NCBI RefSeq assembly: GCF_036321535.1 | Contig: NC_087437.1 | Location: 68,078,001 to 68,142,000 of the forward strand | DNA length: 64,000 bases | Direction: 5' to 3' | DNA from: Camelus dromedarius | Lineage: Eukaryota | Shown here: in pieces, positions 63,161 to 64,000 of the stretch | Numbering within the stretch: the stretch's first letter is position 1 | How the letters are laid out: the number at the start of each line of letters is the position of its first letter | The notes under the pieces: model-generated | Told to the model about the DNA's origin: nothing | Databases searched by the model: none | The model's input: only the letters and a program-made list of their open reading frames with translations | Translations under genes and position numbers: made by a program

Positions 63161-63544
63161 TACTTATGGTTTTTAAAAGATTATATTTGCTTGAGTAAAG
63201 GATTTCAGTTTAGTTTTTTGTTGTTCTTATTCCCCAAATTTCATATTTACTTTAATAAGATCTTGGATTGGGAGGCTGACCTTGAGTCCAGCTTATGGTT
63301 TACATCATAGATGGTGTTTGAAGTCAGGCGACACCCATTCCCATAACGGTGATGAACAAAGCATCACCCATAGTCAGGCAGAATCTAGATCAGTACAGAA
63401 GCTGGCTTAAGGGTAGAAGAGTGCCTGAGAGGTCAGGAATCATGGTAGGCATTTGATGTTGTCTCATAGGTGGAATATAATGGATGGGTTTAATACCAAT
63501 GAAAACAACTTATTAGTTGGTCAGCCTCAGAGACACAGTGAAAA

Positions 63545-63690
63545 GCAGAGTGGTTGTGGTTTTCTCACCCTAAGAGAAAGGCCTTGTGTCTTATGTACCA
63601 CAACCTCTTTTGGCAGTTTGCTAAGCTAATGAACCGATTCCTGGAATAATGCTTTACTATTTACTACATAAACAAAAAAAATACAGGAAT
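63545..63690. mobile_element. hAT-Charlie-type DNA transposon fragment
   Basis: acctcttttggcagtttgctaagctaatgaaccgattcctggaataatgc...aaaatacagga resembles a recalled Charlie/MER segment (cccctttggcagtctggtgaagcctatggaccccttctcagaataatg). Confidence 0.5.
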
Positions 63691-63691
63691 T

Positions 63692-63960
63692 CAGACTTCA
63701 ACATCTGGGAAGATTGAGTAGATATGCTTTCTTCTTTCCTCACTCAGTACAACTTAACACTTTGGACATTATATGTAAAAGAATCATAAGAAGACTGGGA
63801 AGGGTGAAGAGAAGAGGGTAGACCAGTTAGGAACCTTGAGGCTAAAAGATCAATGTTATGGTAGATTCTTTGGGCCAGAAAACAAATCTCAACAAGTTTA
63901 AAAGTACTGAAAGCATACAAAGTGTGTTCACTGACCACAGTGGAATCAAATTAGAGAAAG
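63692..63960 (+). mobile_element. old L1M element: 5' end joined to an ORF2 endonuclease fragment
   Basis: gacttcaacatctgggaagattgagtagatatgc...agtacaac...tggacattatatg is an L1M 5' terminus; 63864-63956 translates DSLGQKTNLNKFKSTESIQSVFTDHSGIKLE, matching L1 EN C-terminal (DH)ILGHKTSLNKFKKIEIIQSIFSDHNGIKLE. Confidence 0.8.
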
Positions 63961-64000
63961 GAAAAAAAATCTTTAGCAGAAGATGAAAAATGCCAGACAA

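Noticed and set aside
1..64000. CRISPR arrays, operons, CpG-island promoter or intact multi-exon coding gene
   Set aside because: Sequence is CpG-depleted mammalian DNA with no regularly spaced repeat-spacer array, no CpG island and no exon chain encoding a protein I recognise

Overview
AT-rich, repeat-dense mammalian DNA that looks intronic or intergenic. It is most likely camelid (alpaca/llama/camel), judged from a tRNA-Ala-derived vic-1-type SINE at ~63.0-63.2 kb and cetartiodactyl-type L1 3' ends. I recognise no intact protein-coding gene, rRNA, true tRNA or known miRNA, and almost all ORFs in the supplied track are chance or repeat-derived. The main gene-like element is an old, heavily decayed, intronless copy of the GTPase DRG1 on the + strand (~35.4-36.4 kb), recognised by translating across frameshifts. 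The rest is MIR/L2 fossils, old L1M pieces, short younger L1 3' ends (two with clear target-site duplications), MER21- and MLT1-type LTRs and microsatellites. Repeat-free stretches hold candidate regulatory motifs (tandem STAT5-type GAS sites, paired octamers) and several splice-signal-bounded candidate exons/microexons; these are speculative without conservation or RNA data. Repeat family names come from recalled consensus sequences and boundaries are approximate unless a TSD is given. I found no convincing evidence of a new multi-component biological system.
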